Made by a program: the position numbers and the translations under genes
Notes under the pieces: generated by a model
Told to the model about the DNA's origin: nothing
The model's database searches: none
What the model saw: the letters and a program-made list of their open reading frames with translations, nothing else
Assembly (NCBI GenBank): GCA_028355015.1
Contig: JAOMRN010000003.1
Coordinates: 151,740-215,739, forward strand
Source: Methanobacteriota archaeon
GTDB taxonomy: Archaea; Thermoplasmatota; Poseidoniia; Poseidoniales; Thalassarchaeaceae
Length of the DNA stretch: 64,000 nt
Reading direction: 5' to 3'
Part shown: positions 19,103 to 29,485 of the stretch, piece after piece
How the letters are laid out: every line of letters begins with the position of its first letter
Position numbering within the stretch: the first letter of the stretch is position 1

Positions 19103-22100
19103 TGCCTCGTAGAGATGATTTAGAGAGAATAGTGATTCTTGGGAGCGGTCCTATAAGAATAGGGCAAGCTGCAGAGTTTGATTTCTCAGGGTCACAGGCT
19201 TGTAGAGCATTAAGAGCAGATGGATATGAAATTATTCTGATTAATTCAAATCCTGCAACAATACAAAATGATCCTGAAATGGCAGATAGGATATATATTG
19301 AACCATTATTACCAGAAGTAGTAAAGAGAATATTAGAAATTGAAAAGCCAGATGCAATTCTCGCAGGAATGGGTGGTCAAACTGCTTTGAATATTGCTAT
19401 GGCACTTGCGCATGATGGTTCTTTAGATGAATTAGGTGTAGAGTTAATTGGTTGTAACTTGGCATCTATTGATGAGGCAGAAGATCGGGATTTATTCAAG
19501 AAAGTGTGTGAAGAAATTAATTTGCCTGTATGTAAAGCGATAGCATGCGACTCTATTGATGAAGTAATCAAAGCCGCCAATGCTCTAGGCGGTTTCCCTC
19601 TTCTAATTAGACCGGCTTTTACTCTTGGAGGTTTAGGCGGAGGCACAGCATTTAACATGGGTGAATTAGTTGAAATCGCCAGTCAAGGTATACTTCATTC
19701 AGCAATTGGCCAGGTATTAATTGAAGTCAGTATATTAGGTTGGCAAGAGCATGAGTATGAAGTCATGCGAGATGATGCGGATAATGCAATAATAGTTTGT
19801 ACTATGGAGAACTTAGATCCTATGGGCGTACATACAGGTGAGTCAGTAGTAGTAGCACCACAACAAACACTTTCCGATAGAGATCATCAAATGTTAAGGA
19901 ATGCAGCATTAAAATTAATTAGAAGATTAAACATTAAAGGAGGATGCAACGTCCAATTCGCAGTTAACCAAAACAATGGTGAATACCGTGTAATTGAAGT
20001 TAATCCTCGTGTTTCCAGATCTTCTGCTTTAGCATCCAAAGCAACCGGTTACCCAATAGCAAGAATGGCTGCCCTGATTGCAGTTGGATACACTCTTGAT
20101 GAACTCCCCAATCCAATAACTGGAGAAGGAACTACGGCTGCATTCGAGCCTACTTTAGATTATTGTGTAGTGAAAATACCTCGTTGGCCATTTGACAAGT
20201 TTAGAACAGCAGATAGAACGATTGGAACCTCTATGAAATCTACAGGAGAAGTAATGGCAATAGGTCGTTGCTTTGAAGAGGCTTTTCTGAAGGCATGGGC
20301 CAGTCTCGAATATGGGCAGCCTCATCCTCGTCCTCTTACATTAGCAGATGCTTCGGGTGGTGAGACGATGGATGAGAGAGCATCTCAAGCATTGCCTGAG
20401 GCAATATTAGTTGACTGGTTGAGAATACCCACTGATCGACGAATGGGAGCACTTTTCGAAGCCTTTAGAAGAGGATACTCAATAGATGATGTACGTGATT
20501 TAACAGGGGGTGTGACACGCTGGTTCTTGCATCGATTTGAAAGAATGGCGGCTATCGAAACTGAAATAAGGGCTGCTGGCGAACTAGGGCTAATACCCTC
20601 ACAAATACCTGCTAAAGAAATGCGCTCATGGAAAGGTTTAGGTTTCTCAGATTTACATATCGCGGATGCTTTATGTGGATTTCCAGCATCAGGATTTAAA
20701 CAATTACCAGTGGGTGAAGATGAATATTCGGTAACCCTCCGTAGACACGAATTATCGATACATCCAAGATTTAGGATGGTTGACTCTTGCGCTGCTGAAT
20801 TTGCTGCCGTAACTCCTTATTATTACACAACCTATGAATGTGGTTCTGAATCAATTGGCATAGATTATTCCCCAAATCTTTCTCATAATGGTAAAAAACG
20901 AATAGTTGTAATAGGTAGTGGGCCTATTAGAATTGGACAAGGTATAGAATTTGATTATGGATGTGTACATGCAGTAGGTGCTATCCAAGACCTAGGTCAT
21001 GAAGCGATTATTATCAATAATAATCCTGAGACAGTATCTACTGATTTTGATACAAGTGACAGATTATATTTCGACCCTCTGACACTTGAGTCTGTGAGTG
21101 AAATATTACTAAGGGAGGATGCCCACGGAATATTACTACAATTCGGTGGTCAGACTGCTATTAATCTGGCTCTACCTTTGTCTAATAATTTGCCTCATTT
21201 ATCGACATTGGGGCTTGACCTGATTATGGAAGGGACTACTCCCGAGGCAGTTGATGAAGCAAGTGATAGGGAAAGATTTGAGGCATTTTCTCAGAGGAAC
21301 GATTTACGAATGCCGAATGGCCAAACTGCATCCACTCCTGATGAAGTCCGTGAAGCAGTAAGAGAAATTGGCTACCCCGTTTTGATTAGACCATCATATG
21401 TTCTTGGTGGGCGAGGGATGGAGATTCTTTCATCCAATCGTCAATTAGAAACCTATATGGATGATGCATTTCTATCTCCAGAAAAACCATTACTAGTTGA
21501 TGAGTATCTTGGAAATGCCGTCGAACTCGATGTTGATGCAGTTTGTGATGGGCGTGAGGTCCTAGTTGGGGCTATAATGGAACATTTAGAAGAAGCAGGT
21601 ATTCATTCAGGAGATTCAACCTGTTTTATTCCTCCTCAAAATGTATCTGAAAATATTCTCAAACAGGTCGATGAATGGACTCGGAGAATAGGTTTAGAGT
21701 TAGGGATTAGAGGTTGCTACAATATTCAATTCGCAATCCGTGACGAGATATTATACGTATTGGAAGTAAATCCAAGAGGGTCTAGGACATTCCCTTTTGT
21801 TGCCAAGGCTACAGGTGTTCCATTAGCTAGAATTGCAGCTATGGTTGCACTTGGTGAAAAATTATCTGATCTTAATATTCCAAAACCTCAGAATGATGCA
21901 GTCTGTGTCAAAGCACCTGTATTTCCTTTCATTAAACTCAGAGGTCTCGACCCTGCACCAGGGCCAGAAATGAAATCCACTGGTGAAGTCATGGGTAGTC
22001 ATGAGAGAGCATCCGCTGCTTATCTTAAGGCAAGGTTGGCTACTGAATCCCCTGTTCCTACGGAAGGTGGGGTGTATATCACCGTAAAGGATAAGGATAA

Positions 22101-22467
22101 AGACTCTATAATTAATCAGGCTAAATCTTTAATTGATTTAGGTTTCAAATTATATGCGACAAGAGGTACCGCTAATGTTTTGAGAGATAAAGGTGGATTA
22201 GAGGTAGAAACCTGTTATAGAATAACTGAAGGAATGACTCCCGATGCTTTAGACCTAATGCGTCAAGGTAAAATCCATCTAATCATTAATACTCCTAGGA
22301 ATACGGGGGGAGCCGTTCTTGATGGAAATATGATGAGGCGATTAGCTGTTGAATTAAATATTCCTTTCGTTACTACAATGGCAGGTGCTAGAATGGAAGT
22401 ACTTGCTATAGCCGAAGCAATGGATGGGATTCCGGAACCGAGACTTCTAGAAATCGGTACGCTCTAG
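19102..22467 (+). CDS. carB: Carbamoyl-phosphate synthase large subunit
   Basis: Two ATP-grasp halves (GSGPIRIGQ twice), EVNPRVSRSSALASKATG, C-terminal MGS domain; GAGGTGA SD. Confidence 0.97.
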   Translation: MPRRDDLERIVILGSGPIRIGQAAEFDFSGSQACRALRADGYEIILINSNPATIQNDPEMADRIYIEPLLPEVVKRILEIEKPDAILAGMGGQTALNIAMALAHDGSLDELGVELIGCNLASIDEAEDRDLFKKVCEEINLPVCKAIACDSIDEVIKAANALGGFPLLIRPAFTLGGLGGGTAFNMGELVEIASQGILHSAIGQVLIEVSILGWQEHEYEVMRDDADNAIIVCTMENLDPMGVHTGESVVVAPQQTLSDRDHQMLRNAALKLIRRLNIKGGCNVQFAVNQNNGEYRVIEVNPRVSRSSALASKATGYPIARMAALIAVGYTLDELPNPITGEGTTAAFEPTLDYCVVKIPRWPFDKFRTADRTIGTSMKSTGEVMAIGRCFEEAFLKAWASLEYGQPHPRPLTLADASGGETMDERASQALPEAILVDWLRIPTDRRMGALFEAFRRGYSIDDVRDLTGGVTRWFLHRFERMAAIETEIRAAGELGLIPSQIPAKEMRSWKGLGFSDLHIADALCGFPASGFKQLPVGEDEYSVTLRRHELSIHPRFRMVDSCAAEFAAVTPYYYTTYECGSESIGIDYSPNLSHNGKKRIVVIGSGPIRIGQGIEFDYGCVHAVGAIQDLGHEAIIINNNPETVSTDFDTSDRLYFDPLTLESVSEILLREDAHGILLQFGGQTAINLALPLSNNLPHLSTLGLDLIMEGTTPEAVDEASDRERFEAFSQRNDLRMPNGQTASTPDEVREAVREIGYPVLIRPSYVLGGRGMEILSSNRQLETYMDDAFLSPEKPLLVDEYLGNAVELDVDAVCDGREVLVGAIMEHLEEAGIHSGDSTCFIPPQNVSENILKQVDEWTRRIGLELGIRGCYNIQFAIRDEILYVLEVNPRGSRTFPFVAKATGVPLARIAAMVALGEKLSDLNIPKPQNDAVCVKAPVFPFIKLRGLDPAPGPEMKSTGEVMGSHERASAAYLKARLATESPVPTEGGVYITVKDKDKDSIINQAKSLIDLGFKLYATRGTANVLRDKGGLEVETCYRITEGMTPDALDLMRQGKIHLIINTPRNTGGAVLDGNMMRRLAVELNIPFVTTMAGARMEVLAIAEAMDGIPEPRLLEIGTL

Positions 22468-22545
22468 TTGTATTGTATTTAGAAAACTAATATTTCCGTT
22501 TACTTTTGCGATTTCCTTAATTACCTCGGAATTCCAAAGTCAATT

Positions 22546-24564
22546 ATGATGTCACTTACAGAAATCCCAGGAGTGGGAGAATCTCTTGCTCAAAAACTAG
22601 TTTTAGAGATCGGATCATTAGAAGATGTAGAGCGCGCTCTCGGGGACGGAGATGTCAGTACTCTCTCGGGAATAGAGGGGATATCACCTCAAAGAGCAGT
22701 GAAACTGATTAATTCCGCGAATGGTCATATTGAAGAAGTAACTACCACCGATGAGGGGCGTAAATTACACAAGGAATTAATGAGTAACATTTCTAAATCG
22801 GTTAAGACTAAAGCTGCTAAAAATCGACTTTCAATTCTTAATCCACTTACAAGATCAAATTTATCTGAGATAGAATCTAGAAAGTCATGGTCTGAAAACG
22901 CAATTAGGTTTGTAACTGATAGTAAAACTTCATTTGAATCTTGGACGGATGTAATTTCAGGTCTTAATTATACTAAAGAATCTACTTCCCGTATTGATAG
23001 AGTGATTGTAGTACCTGATTCCCAGTATGTAGATAAATTAGCACATATTAATAATAAGTGTAGAATCTTAGTTCGTTCAGATGATGAGAAATGGCGCGAT
23101 TATGTAGGGATTCCTAGGGTGACCTGGATAGGACCGGGTGCTCCTGAGGTTTTACCTTCCGGCTGGGTTGTTGGTAAATCTGAAGATTCATTATACAAAT
23201 TAGTCCCAGAAGTACCTCTGCAGTGGTTGAAATTAAATTCTGTAAATCTGTCGATAATTTCAAATCTATCTGATCAGGTGTGGCCAATAAATATAATCGG
23301 AGAAAAAATTAGTGACTCATTAGAAGAACTAGGAGATATCCCCCTTCTCCTTCAATCACTTGATAATGATTCAACTCGTCTTGAAAATTTAGAGAAATCA
23401 CGAGATGGATTATGGGGTGAAGTAAAATCAATTGAAGCAGGAGTTAATGACGCTATTGTATCCGGAACTTCCGAGGCTTCAATTTCATTTGGTGGTGATG
23501 AAGTACTCTCATATTATTCTGATATTAACAGTTTAGAACGTAGACTAAAAAGTACAGTCGCTGATACGATAGACTTTTCTCTTCACGATGGGATTAGGAG
23601 ATTAGAAAATTATTTGCAAAATACAGGTATATCTTTACCAAGTGAAATTTTTTCTAGTGAATATCCTTGTGTAATTAACCGTGAAGCCATAGAACAAATA
23701 GAATCAGATTTAGATTCTGCTATTTTATCTGAGAGAAGTGAAGGAGAGATCGCAATAGCCAATTCGACTGTAAAGATAATGAAGCCTGCTAGGAAGGCGA
23801 TATCCAAGTTTATTGAGATAGATATGTGGCTTGGAATAGGTAAATGGGCTGTGGAAAACAGGTGTAGTCTTCCAGAATTTTCTATTTCTGAGCCAGGAAT
23901 ATGGATGAAAGATGGTCGTCATATTCTACTTGATTGTGTTCCTGAACCGGTTACTTATGGTATAGGAGAAGTATCTCCCAGAGAGGATAGAGATAGGATT
24001 GCATTACTTTCGGGCGCTAATTCAGGTGGTAAAACTACTCTTCTTGAGACATTGGGGTCTGTAATTCTTCTTGCACATTCAGGATTACCTGTACCTGCCT
24101 CCCATGCTTGCGTTGGCCTTTTAGATGAGTTGCATATACTTGCTAAGGTATCTGGGACTCAATCAGCAGGTGCTTTAGAAAGAACTCTAAAGAAACTTGC
24201 AGAAGTTCTAGTTTCCAATAATCGTAAGGTCATACTAGCAGATGAGCTTGAGGCGATTACAGAACCAGGTTCTGCGTCGTTAATACTTGGTGGACTTTTG
24301 TCTGCTTCTAGTGAGAATAAAGATACTAACGTGCTTTTAGTGACACATATTGGTACTGCCATCTCTGAGGTAATGGGTGGGCATGTTAGGATAGATGGGA
24401 TTGAAGCACAAGGTCTCGACGAAAACATGGATCTTATTGTAGATAGAACTCCAAAAAGAAATCACATCGCTAGATCGACGCCTGAGTTAATAGTTAGAAG
24501 ACTAGCCGCAAGATCTACTGGTCTTACTTCTGAAATTTTCTCAGATTTATTAAAACGATTTTGA
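22546..24564 (+). CDS. Archaeal MutS2/MutS5-like ATPase with N-terminal helix-hairpin-helix
   Basis: N-terminal LTEIPGVG and IEGIS HhH motifs; MutS domain V (SGANSGGKTT, LADELEAITEPG, LVTH); no Smr domain. Confidence 0.85.
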   Translation: MMSLTEIPGVGESLAQKLVLEIGSLEDVERALGDGDVSTLSGIEGISPQRAVKLINSANGHIEEVTTTDEGRKLHKELMSNISKSVKTKAAKNRLSILNPLTRSNLSEIESRKSWSENAIRFVTDSKTSFESWTDVISGLNYTKESTSRIDRVIVVPDSQYVDKLAHINNKCRILVRSDDEKWRDYVGIPRVTWIGPGAPEVLPSGWVVGKSEDSLYKLVPEVPLQWLKLNSVNLSIISNLSDQVWPINIIGEKISDSLEELGDIPLLLQSLDNDSTRLENLEKSRDGLWGEVKSIEAGVNDAIVSGTSEASISFGGDEVLSYYSDINSLERRLKSTVADTIDFSLHDGIRRLENYLQNTGISLPSEIFSSEYPCVINREAIEQIESDLDSAILSERSEGEIAIANSTVKIMKPARKAISKFIEIDMWLGIGKWAVENRCSLPEFSISEPGIWMKDGRHILLDCVPEPVTYGIGEVSPREDRDRIALLSGANSGGKTTLLETLGSVILLAHSGLPVPASHACVGLLDELHILAKVSGTQSAGALERTLKKLAEVLVSNNRKVILADELEAITEPGSASLILGGLLSASSENKDTNVLLVTHIGTAISEVMGGHVRIDGIEAQGLDENMDLIVDRTPKRNHIARSTPELIVRRLAARSTGLTSEIFSDLLKRF

Positions 24565-26124
24565 GAATATCTGAATGGTCTCTTCCTTTCCTAACTCAGT
24601 AATTATTGAAGCGATTCTTGGCCCGTAATCTCGGCCTATTATCAATAGATAAAGCGCCACGTAGCCTTCTCTTGGATTAATTTCTAATTCCTTAGTAGTA
24701 TCCCTTATTAGTTGACTTATTTGACTCTCGCTCCATACGCAATTTTCTAATTTAGTAAGTAAGCTTAACAGAAATATTCTTTGTTCCTTTGTGATTTTTT
24801 CTTTATTTTCATCGTTCATTTTCTCTTGAATCTTGATTCTTGCATTTTCAGGGAAGTGAGCTCCTTCTATCCAATTTCTCATTCTTGATAATCTTCCAAT
24901 TAATGCTAAGTTCGGTTCACCGTTTATGTGCTTACTTTTATTCAGAGAATCCCAAATGTCCTGGTCATTTGATTTTATTTGAGCTAACATTGCTAAATGG
25001 CGAAAAGAGACTCCTGCGATAGATTTTGAGGGATCATCTCCTCTATTCACCTGACTAAGTCTCAGAGATCCAAGAATAGTATCTCTGGCTACCATTTTCT
25101 TTTTATTCAGATTATCTCCAGAAGGTGGATTAGATACTAATCTTTCATATTCATCTGCAGTTTCAAAAAGCGACGGTCCAGTGTCAAAATCGATATGTTT
25201 TTTCACCTTAGTTCTAGCAATTATATATCTTAATATCTCTGGTGGGACAAGATTTAATGCCTCTATAGGGCCAATGGTATTGCCACTAGAACTTGACATA
25301 GGTCCACTTCCTTTCAGTTGTATCCATTCATAGACCATTTTCCCAGGAGGCTTGCTCCCTAATAGTTCACAAATTGGTATTCCTGTATCGAAACTCCCTC
25401 CAGATGCTCCGTGATCCTTACCTGCCGGTTCACACGTTATCCCATGTATACCCCATCTTGCAGCCCAATCAACTCTCCAAGGCATTTTTCCATCTGCCTT
25501 TCTAATATCTGACCTCCCCTCAACTCCATGCCGATCTATCCAAGATACGTATGGTATTTCATAACCTGTTACTTTAACTCCATCCATGCTGCCATCACTA
25601 CCTATTGGGTTGTAAGGAAACCATTCTTCTGGCAATTCTCTACCAGATATATTTTCAATTATTTCATGGATTTTATCTTTGTTTTGGATGGCTAAATCTA
25701 TTTTTGTAGCGAAATCTCCACTATCATAAGTTTCGTGATTCATTACGACTTTAGGATGAACACCAATTTCTTTTAGAGCTTCTAAGAACGGTTGAAGGAA
25801 GTGATTTGCATAATTTCCGCCTTCATGATTGGGGGTTCCATCAGGATTGGGTGCAGGAATATTCACAAGAGGGTATCCTATGTATTCTTGATATTCTTCT
25901 GAAAGAAAACCATAAACTCTCCTTAATGGGTCCATTGAATCTACAATAAAGATATATTCTGAATCAATTTCTGCATCTAAGCACGCTCTATGTATCATTT
26001 CAGCGGTTAATATTTCTCTAAGGTGGCCTATGTGAAATTCTCCAGAAGGCGTGATGCCTGACGCAATAACTTGTGAGTCATATTGTTTTGAAAGCCGCAT
26101 TGCGGTATGATCAGCCCAGTGCAT
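24550..26124 (-). CDS. lysS: Lysine--tRNA ligase, class I
   Basis: HWAD, SGITPSGEFHIGH, WRVDWAARW, EPAGKDH, MSSSSGN, GPR. Confidence 0.95.
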   Translation of the reverse strand: MHWADHTAMRLSKQYDSQVIASGITPSGEFHIGHLREILTAEMIHRACLDAEIDSEYIFIVDSMDPLRRVYGFLSEEYQEYIGYPLVNIPAPNPDGTPNHEGGNYANHFLQPFLEALKEIGVHPKVVMNHETYDSGDFATKIDLAIQNKDKIHEIIENISGRELPEEWFPYNPIGSDGSMDGVKVTGYEIPYVSWIDRHGVEGRSDIRKADGKMPWRVDWAARWGIHGITCEPAGKDHGASGGSFDTGIPICELLGSKPPGKMVYEWIQLKGSGPMSSSSGNTIGPIEALNLVPPEILRYIIARTKVKKHIDFDTGPSLFETADEYERLVSNPPSGDNLNKKKMVARDTILGSLRLSQVNRGDDPSKSIAGVSFRHLAMLAQIKSNDQDIWDSLNKSKHINGEPNLALIGRLSRMRNWIEGAHFPENARIKIQEKMNDENKEKITKEQRIFLLSLLTKLENCVWSESQISQLIRDTTKELEINPREGYVALYLLIIGRDYGPRIASIITELGKEETIQIFSKSF

Positions 26125-26133
26125 TTTTCTGCC

Positions 26134-26727
26134 TCAAACAGTTACTACTCTAACTAATCCTCTTAGAGGGACTCCTTCAAGAGCATTTACTTCAGATTTA
26201 TTTGCTAAAACTAAACAGAGCCTAACATCAGCACCAGCTTTTCTTAGATTATTGATTGTTTTCTTTAATGTTGTCCCGGAAGATACCACATCATCAACTA
26301 CAACAACCATTTTTCCTGAAACATTAGCAAAAATTTCTGAAATGTGCGCTCCTTCTTCTTCACTTATAGAACGGCTCACCGCCAAATCTAAATCTAATTG
26401 TCCTGCAATAGCCTGAGCGAAAGGTATACCATTGATGCTGATGCCAACAATAGTATCCACCTCGTCACCAATTTCTTCTTCGATAATATCTGCAAAAATA
26501 TAGGATATAGCTTCTATTCTACTGGCCTTAACTGCTACAGATCTCCAACCTACTTGGACATCAGTAGGTCTATCTTCAGAAACTACATTATTAGAATATT
26601 TTTCAGTAGATAACCATTGAATTGTAGTTTGAGAAAGTGATAACTCATCTGCTATTTGTTGTGTGTTCAAACCGTTACTACGGTATTGCTGTACTTTGGC
26701 ACGAAGTTCGTCTACGCTTAGTGGCAT
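26134..26727 (-). CDS. gfcR: HTH plus phosphoribosyltransferase-domain protein (orotate PRTase-like, GfcR-type regulator)
   Basis: N-terminal GLNTQQIADELSLSQTTIQWL HTH; PRPP loop VVVVDDVVSSGTT. Confidence 0.75.
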   Translation of the reverse strand: MPLSVDELRAKVQQYRSNGLNTQQIADELSLSQTTIQWLSTEKYSNNVVSEDRPTDVQVGWRSVAVKASRIEAISYIFADIIEEEIGDEVDTIVGISINGIPFAQAIAGQLDLDLAVSRSISEEEGAHISEIFANVSGKMVVVVDDVVSSGTTLKKTINNLRKAGADVRLCLVLANKSEVNALEGVPLRGLVRVVTV

Positions 26728-26812
26728 CGTTTTGTCCTAGAATCCGCCCTGTATCAAGCCATCGGAAACAAATTATCTATATTATCTATATTTTTCAGTT
26801 ATAAAATTATAA

Positions 26813-27286
26813 TTAAAACCTTCCAGTTGAACCAAAACCACCCTCTCCTCTCTCTGTTTCGCCAAGATTCTCAATATCTACTTCTTTGAATTGTGATTTT
26901 GGGATTGGTGTTATTAAAAGTTGTGCGATTCGCTCATTTTTCTGAATTTTATATGAATCTCCTTCTCCTATCCATGTCATTAAAACAAATAATTCTCCCC
27001 TATAGTCTGCATCGATAGTTCCTATGCTATGTGGAAGAATTAATCCTTTTTTGCCTAGTGATGAACGAGCTCGAACTTGCCCTTCGTATCCTTCAGGAAT
27101 TGCTACATGCAGGCCGGTTCTAACCATGGTACTGCTTCTATGCCTGACTATTGTATCCTCAAGTGAATATAAATCCCAGCCCGCTGCATGGATACTTCCT
27201 TTTGTAGGTAGCAAAGCATCATCATGAGTTCTTGCAACTTTGACTTCTACGGCTTCATCCATAGTATTCGCTGTGCTAGTCGGCAT
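26813..27286 (-). CDS. dut: dUTP diphosphatase (trimeric)
   Basis: AGWDL, RSSL, GTIDADYRGE, RIAQL, RGEGGFGSTG. Confidence 0.95.
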   Translation of the reverse strand: MPTSTANTMDEAVEVKVARTHDDALLPTKGSIHAAGWDLYSLEDTIVRHRSSTMVRTGLHVAIPEGYEGQVRARSSLGKKGLILPHSIGTIDADYRGELFVLMTWIGEGDSYKIQKNERIAQLLITPIPKSQFKEVDIENLGETERGEGGFGSTGRF

Positions 27287-27352
27287 TTTACGCTTATCTC
27301 TCCGTGATTTTCAGTCGGTGGGGTGAAAAAGGGGACTCTTCTCGGCTAGTCA

Positions 27353-27763
27353 ATGGTTGAGTTCGAGTATGAGTCTTTGTTAGAGCGCGCTCGTGAGCGT
27401 ATTCCAAAAAATATCAGTGAGAGATCACGATGGACAATGCCTGAACCAGAAATTTTAATTGAAGGTAATCAGACTATCTTACGTAATTTCGCCCCTATTG
27501 TAGACGCTATGGACCGTGATGCAAATCACGTATACCAATTTTTAATCAATGAACTTGGTACGTCTGGTACGAGAGAGCAAGTTAGAGTGTTGTTCAAAGG
27601 AAGAGTTCCTCCTAAAAGAATTAAAGAAAAGATAGTATCTTATGTCAAATCATATATTTTGTGCGGTCAATGCAAAGCACCGGATACACGTTTTATCAAA
27701 GAAGATCGTACTACTTTGCTAAAATGTCAGGCTTGTGGTGCAACTCGACCAGTTAAACTATGA
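27353..27763 (+). CDS. eif2b: Translation initiation factor aIF-2 subunit beta
   Basis: YESLLERA, EGNQTILRNF, ELGTSG, zinc ribbon CGQCKAPDT...CQACGA. Confidence 0.95.
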   Translation: MVEFEYESLLERARERIPKNISERSRWTMPEPEILIEGNQTILRNFAPIVDAMDRDANHVYQFLINELGTSGTREQVRVLFKGRVPPKRIKEKIVSYVKSYILCGQCKAPDTRFIKEDRTTLLKCQACGATRPVKL

Positions 27764-27812
27764 GTGATCTCGCAGGGACAATTCTCTTAACCAAATCACT
27801 TAATGGTTAACT

Positions 27813-28115
27813 ATGATAGTTCGGGTATGGAGCGTCCTAAAAGAAGAAAAAACTGACTTAACAGAAAAACAAATCGAGGGATGGAAAAATTTCTTAGATT
27901 TAGCAATGGCAAATGGTTGTGAAAGAACAACTTTAGCAGAAGATTCGGAAAGAATAATTGCAGTTTCATACTGGCCTAATCAAGAATCTCTAGATTCAGT
28001 AATTAACTCTGATGCTTACGAAGAAGTAGGTGCCAAAGTACAAGCGGCTTGGGGAGATCAAATGATTCCTAATCATGAAATGACTTTCAATGGATCAATT
28101 GTTGCTGACTCTTGA
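27813..28115 (+). CDS. Hypothetical protein, ABM-like dimeric alpha+beta barrel
   Basis: 100 aa; IIAVSYW.NQESL.....S..Y pattern typical of ABM-type barrels. Confidence 0.55.
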   Translation: MIVRVWSVLKEEKTDLTEKQIEGWKNFLDLAMANGCERTTLAEDSERIIAVSYWPNQESLDSVINSDAYEEVGAKVQAAWGDQMIPNHEMTFNGSIVADS

Positions 28116-28121
28116 TATCTG

Positions 28122-29144
28122 TCATTTCGGTGAAAAATCTAGAAGAACTTTTCCTTTATTCTTCCGATTATGGATATGTCTTTGTGCATCTGCAACTTCC
28201 TCGAATCTCCAAATCGAATCAATAATAGGGTCTATTTTTCCCTGTTCCATTAGTGTCCCTAAATCTGAAAGATGATTCTCGAAAATTGTGCTATCATCCA
28301 TTCTTCCCATATGTACTCCGAAAACAGCTTTGTTTGAATTCATCATCTCCAATGGGTTAAATTTAGGAGTATTTATCCACATTTTTAATGCAGCGATCAT
28401 CGATCTTTTTTCTTTAGGAACCGCCGATGATGCACCGAAACAATGTAGTTTCCCACCGTTTCTTAATGCGATATATGACCTCATTAGATGTTTTCCTGCA
28501 ACTGGATCGATAGCTTGGTGTACCCCTTTTCCTTCAGTGAGTGTTTTACATATATCTACAAAATCTTCTTTGTCGCGATTAATGAAATGCATTCCTAATG
28601 ATTCTACGAATTCTTTTTTATTTTCTGAAGCGGTTCCAATAATTAGTCCCGCTCCAAATGCTTTACAAATCTGAGCAGCAGCAGTTCCAACGCCACCTGC
28701 TGCATGATGGATTAATATCGAATCTCCTTCCTTCAGTCCACCTAGATGAACTAGCATATGGTATGCAGTTCCATAGGTTACTGGCATAGCTGCTGCTTGA
28801 TCAAAACTAACACTATCTGGAATAGGCACAATTCGATTTGATTCTACCAGAACTTCTTCTGAATAACCCCCGAAACCAGTCATTGCTATCACTCTTTGAC
28901 CCTTTTTCAACCAATATACATTTTCTCCTAGTTCGATAATTTCTCCAGATATTTCATAACCAGGAGTGAAAGGAAAATCAGGATTTGAGCCATACAAGCC
29001 TTGTCTCATCATTAAATCTGCAAAATTTATTCCTGCTCTGTGAACTCTAACTTTAACTTGATCTTTCGTTGGAGTTTCTAATTTACTCTCTATTATTTGT
29101 ATTGATTCCGGCCCACCTATTTTTGGATATATCACCTTTTTCAT
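28122..29144 (-). CDS. MDR-family quinone oxidoreductase (VAT-1-like)
   Basis: AGINFADLMMRQGLY, PGYEISG, HAAGGVG, RKNKGKVLL; no Zn-ligand cysteine cluster. Confidence 0.88.
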   Translation of the reverse strand: MKKVIYPKIGGPESIQIIESKLETPTKDQVKVRVHRAGINFADLMMRQGLYGSNPDFPFTPGYEISGEIIELGENVYWLKKGQRVIAMTGFGGYSEEVLVESNRIVPIPDSVSFDQAAAMPVTYGTAYHMLVHLGGLKEGDSILIHHAAGGVGTAAAQICKAFGAGLIIGTASENKKEFVESLGMHFINRDKEDFVDICKTLTEGKGVHQAIDPVAGKHLMRSYIALRNGGKLHCFGASSAVPKEKRSMIAALKMWINTPKFNPLEMMNSNKAVFGVHMGRMDDSTIFENHLSDLGTLMEQGKIDPIIDSIWRFEEVADAQRHIHNRKNKGKVLLDFSPK

Positions 29145-29163
29145 ATTTATTCACCATTTTAAA

Positions 29164-29475
29164 TTATTCTAACATCAAGTAATCCGAAGCGATTTCCCCT
29201 CCAAGAATATGATTAGAAACCTCAATAATCGCTTTTTCATCATCAGGAATGGTATACCAAATACCTTCTGGATAAATGACACAAGCAACACCTTTCTCAC
29301 AATTCCCTAGGCATCCAGATTTATTGACTCGTATATCTCCAATTCCAGATTTTTTTGTAATTCTTTTAATTTTAGTCATTATTTCTAGAGAATTTTTTGA
29401 TGAGCAACATCCTTTTGGATTATCCGAATTCCTTTCATTCACACATACGAATATGTGCTTCTGAATCTTAACCAT
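29164..29475 (-). CDS. Thioredoxin-like [2Fe-2S] ferredoxin
   Basis: HIFVC.NER...GCC, RVNKSGCLGNC, VIYPEGIWY. Confidence 0.9.
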   Translation of the reverse strand: MVKIQKHIFVCVNERNSDNPKGCCSSKNSLEIMTKIKRITKKSGIGDIRVNKSGCLGNCEKGVACVIYPEGIWYTIPDDEKAIIEVSNHILGGEIASDYLMLE

Positions 29476-29485
29476 TTAATTAACC

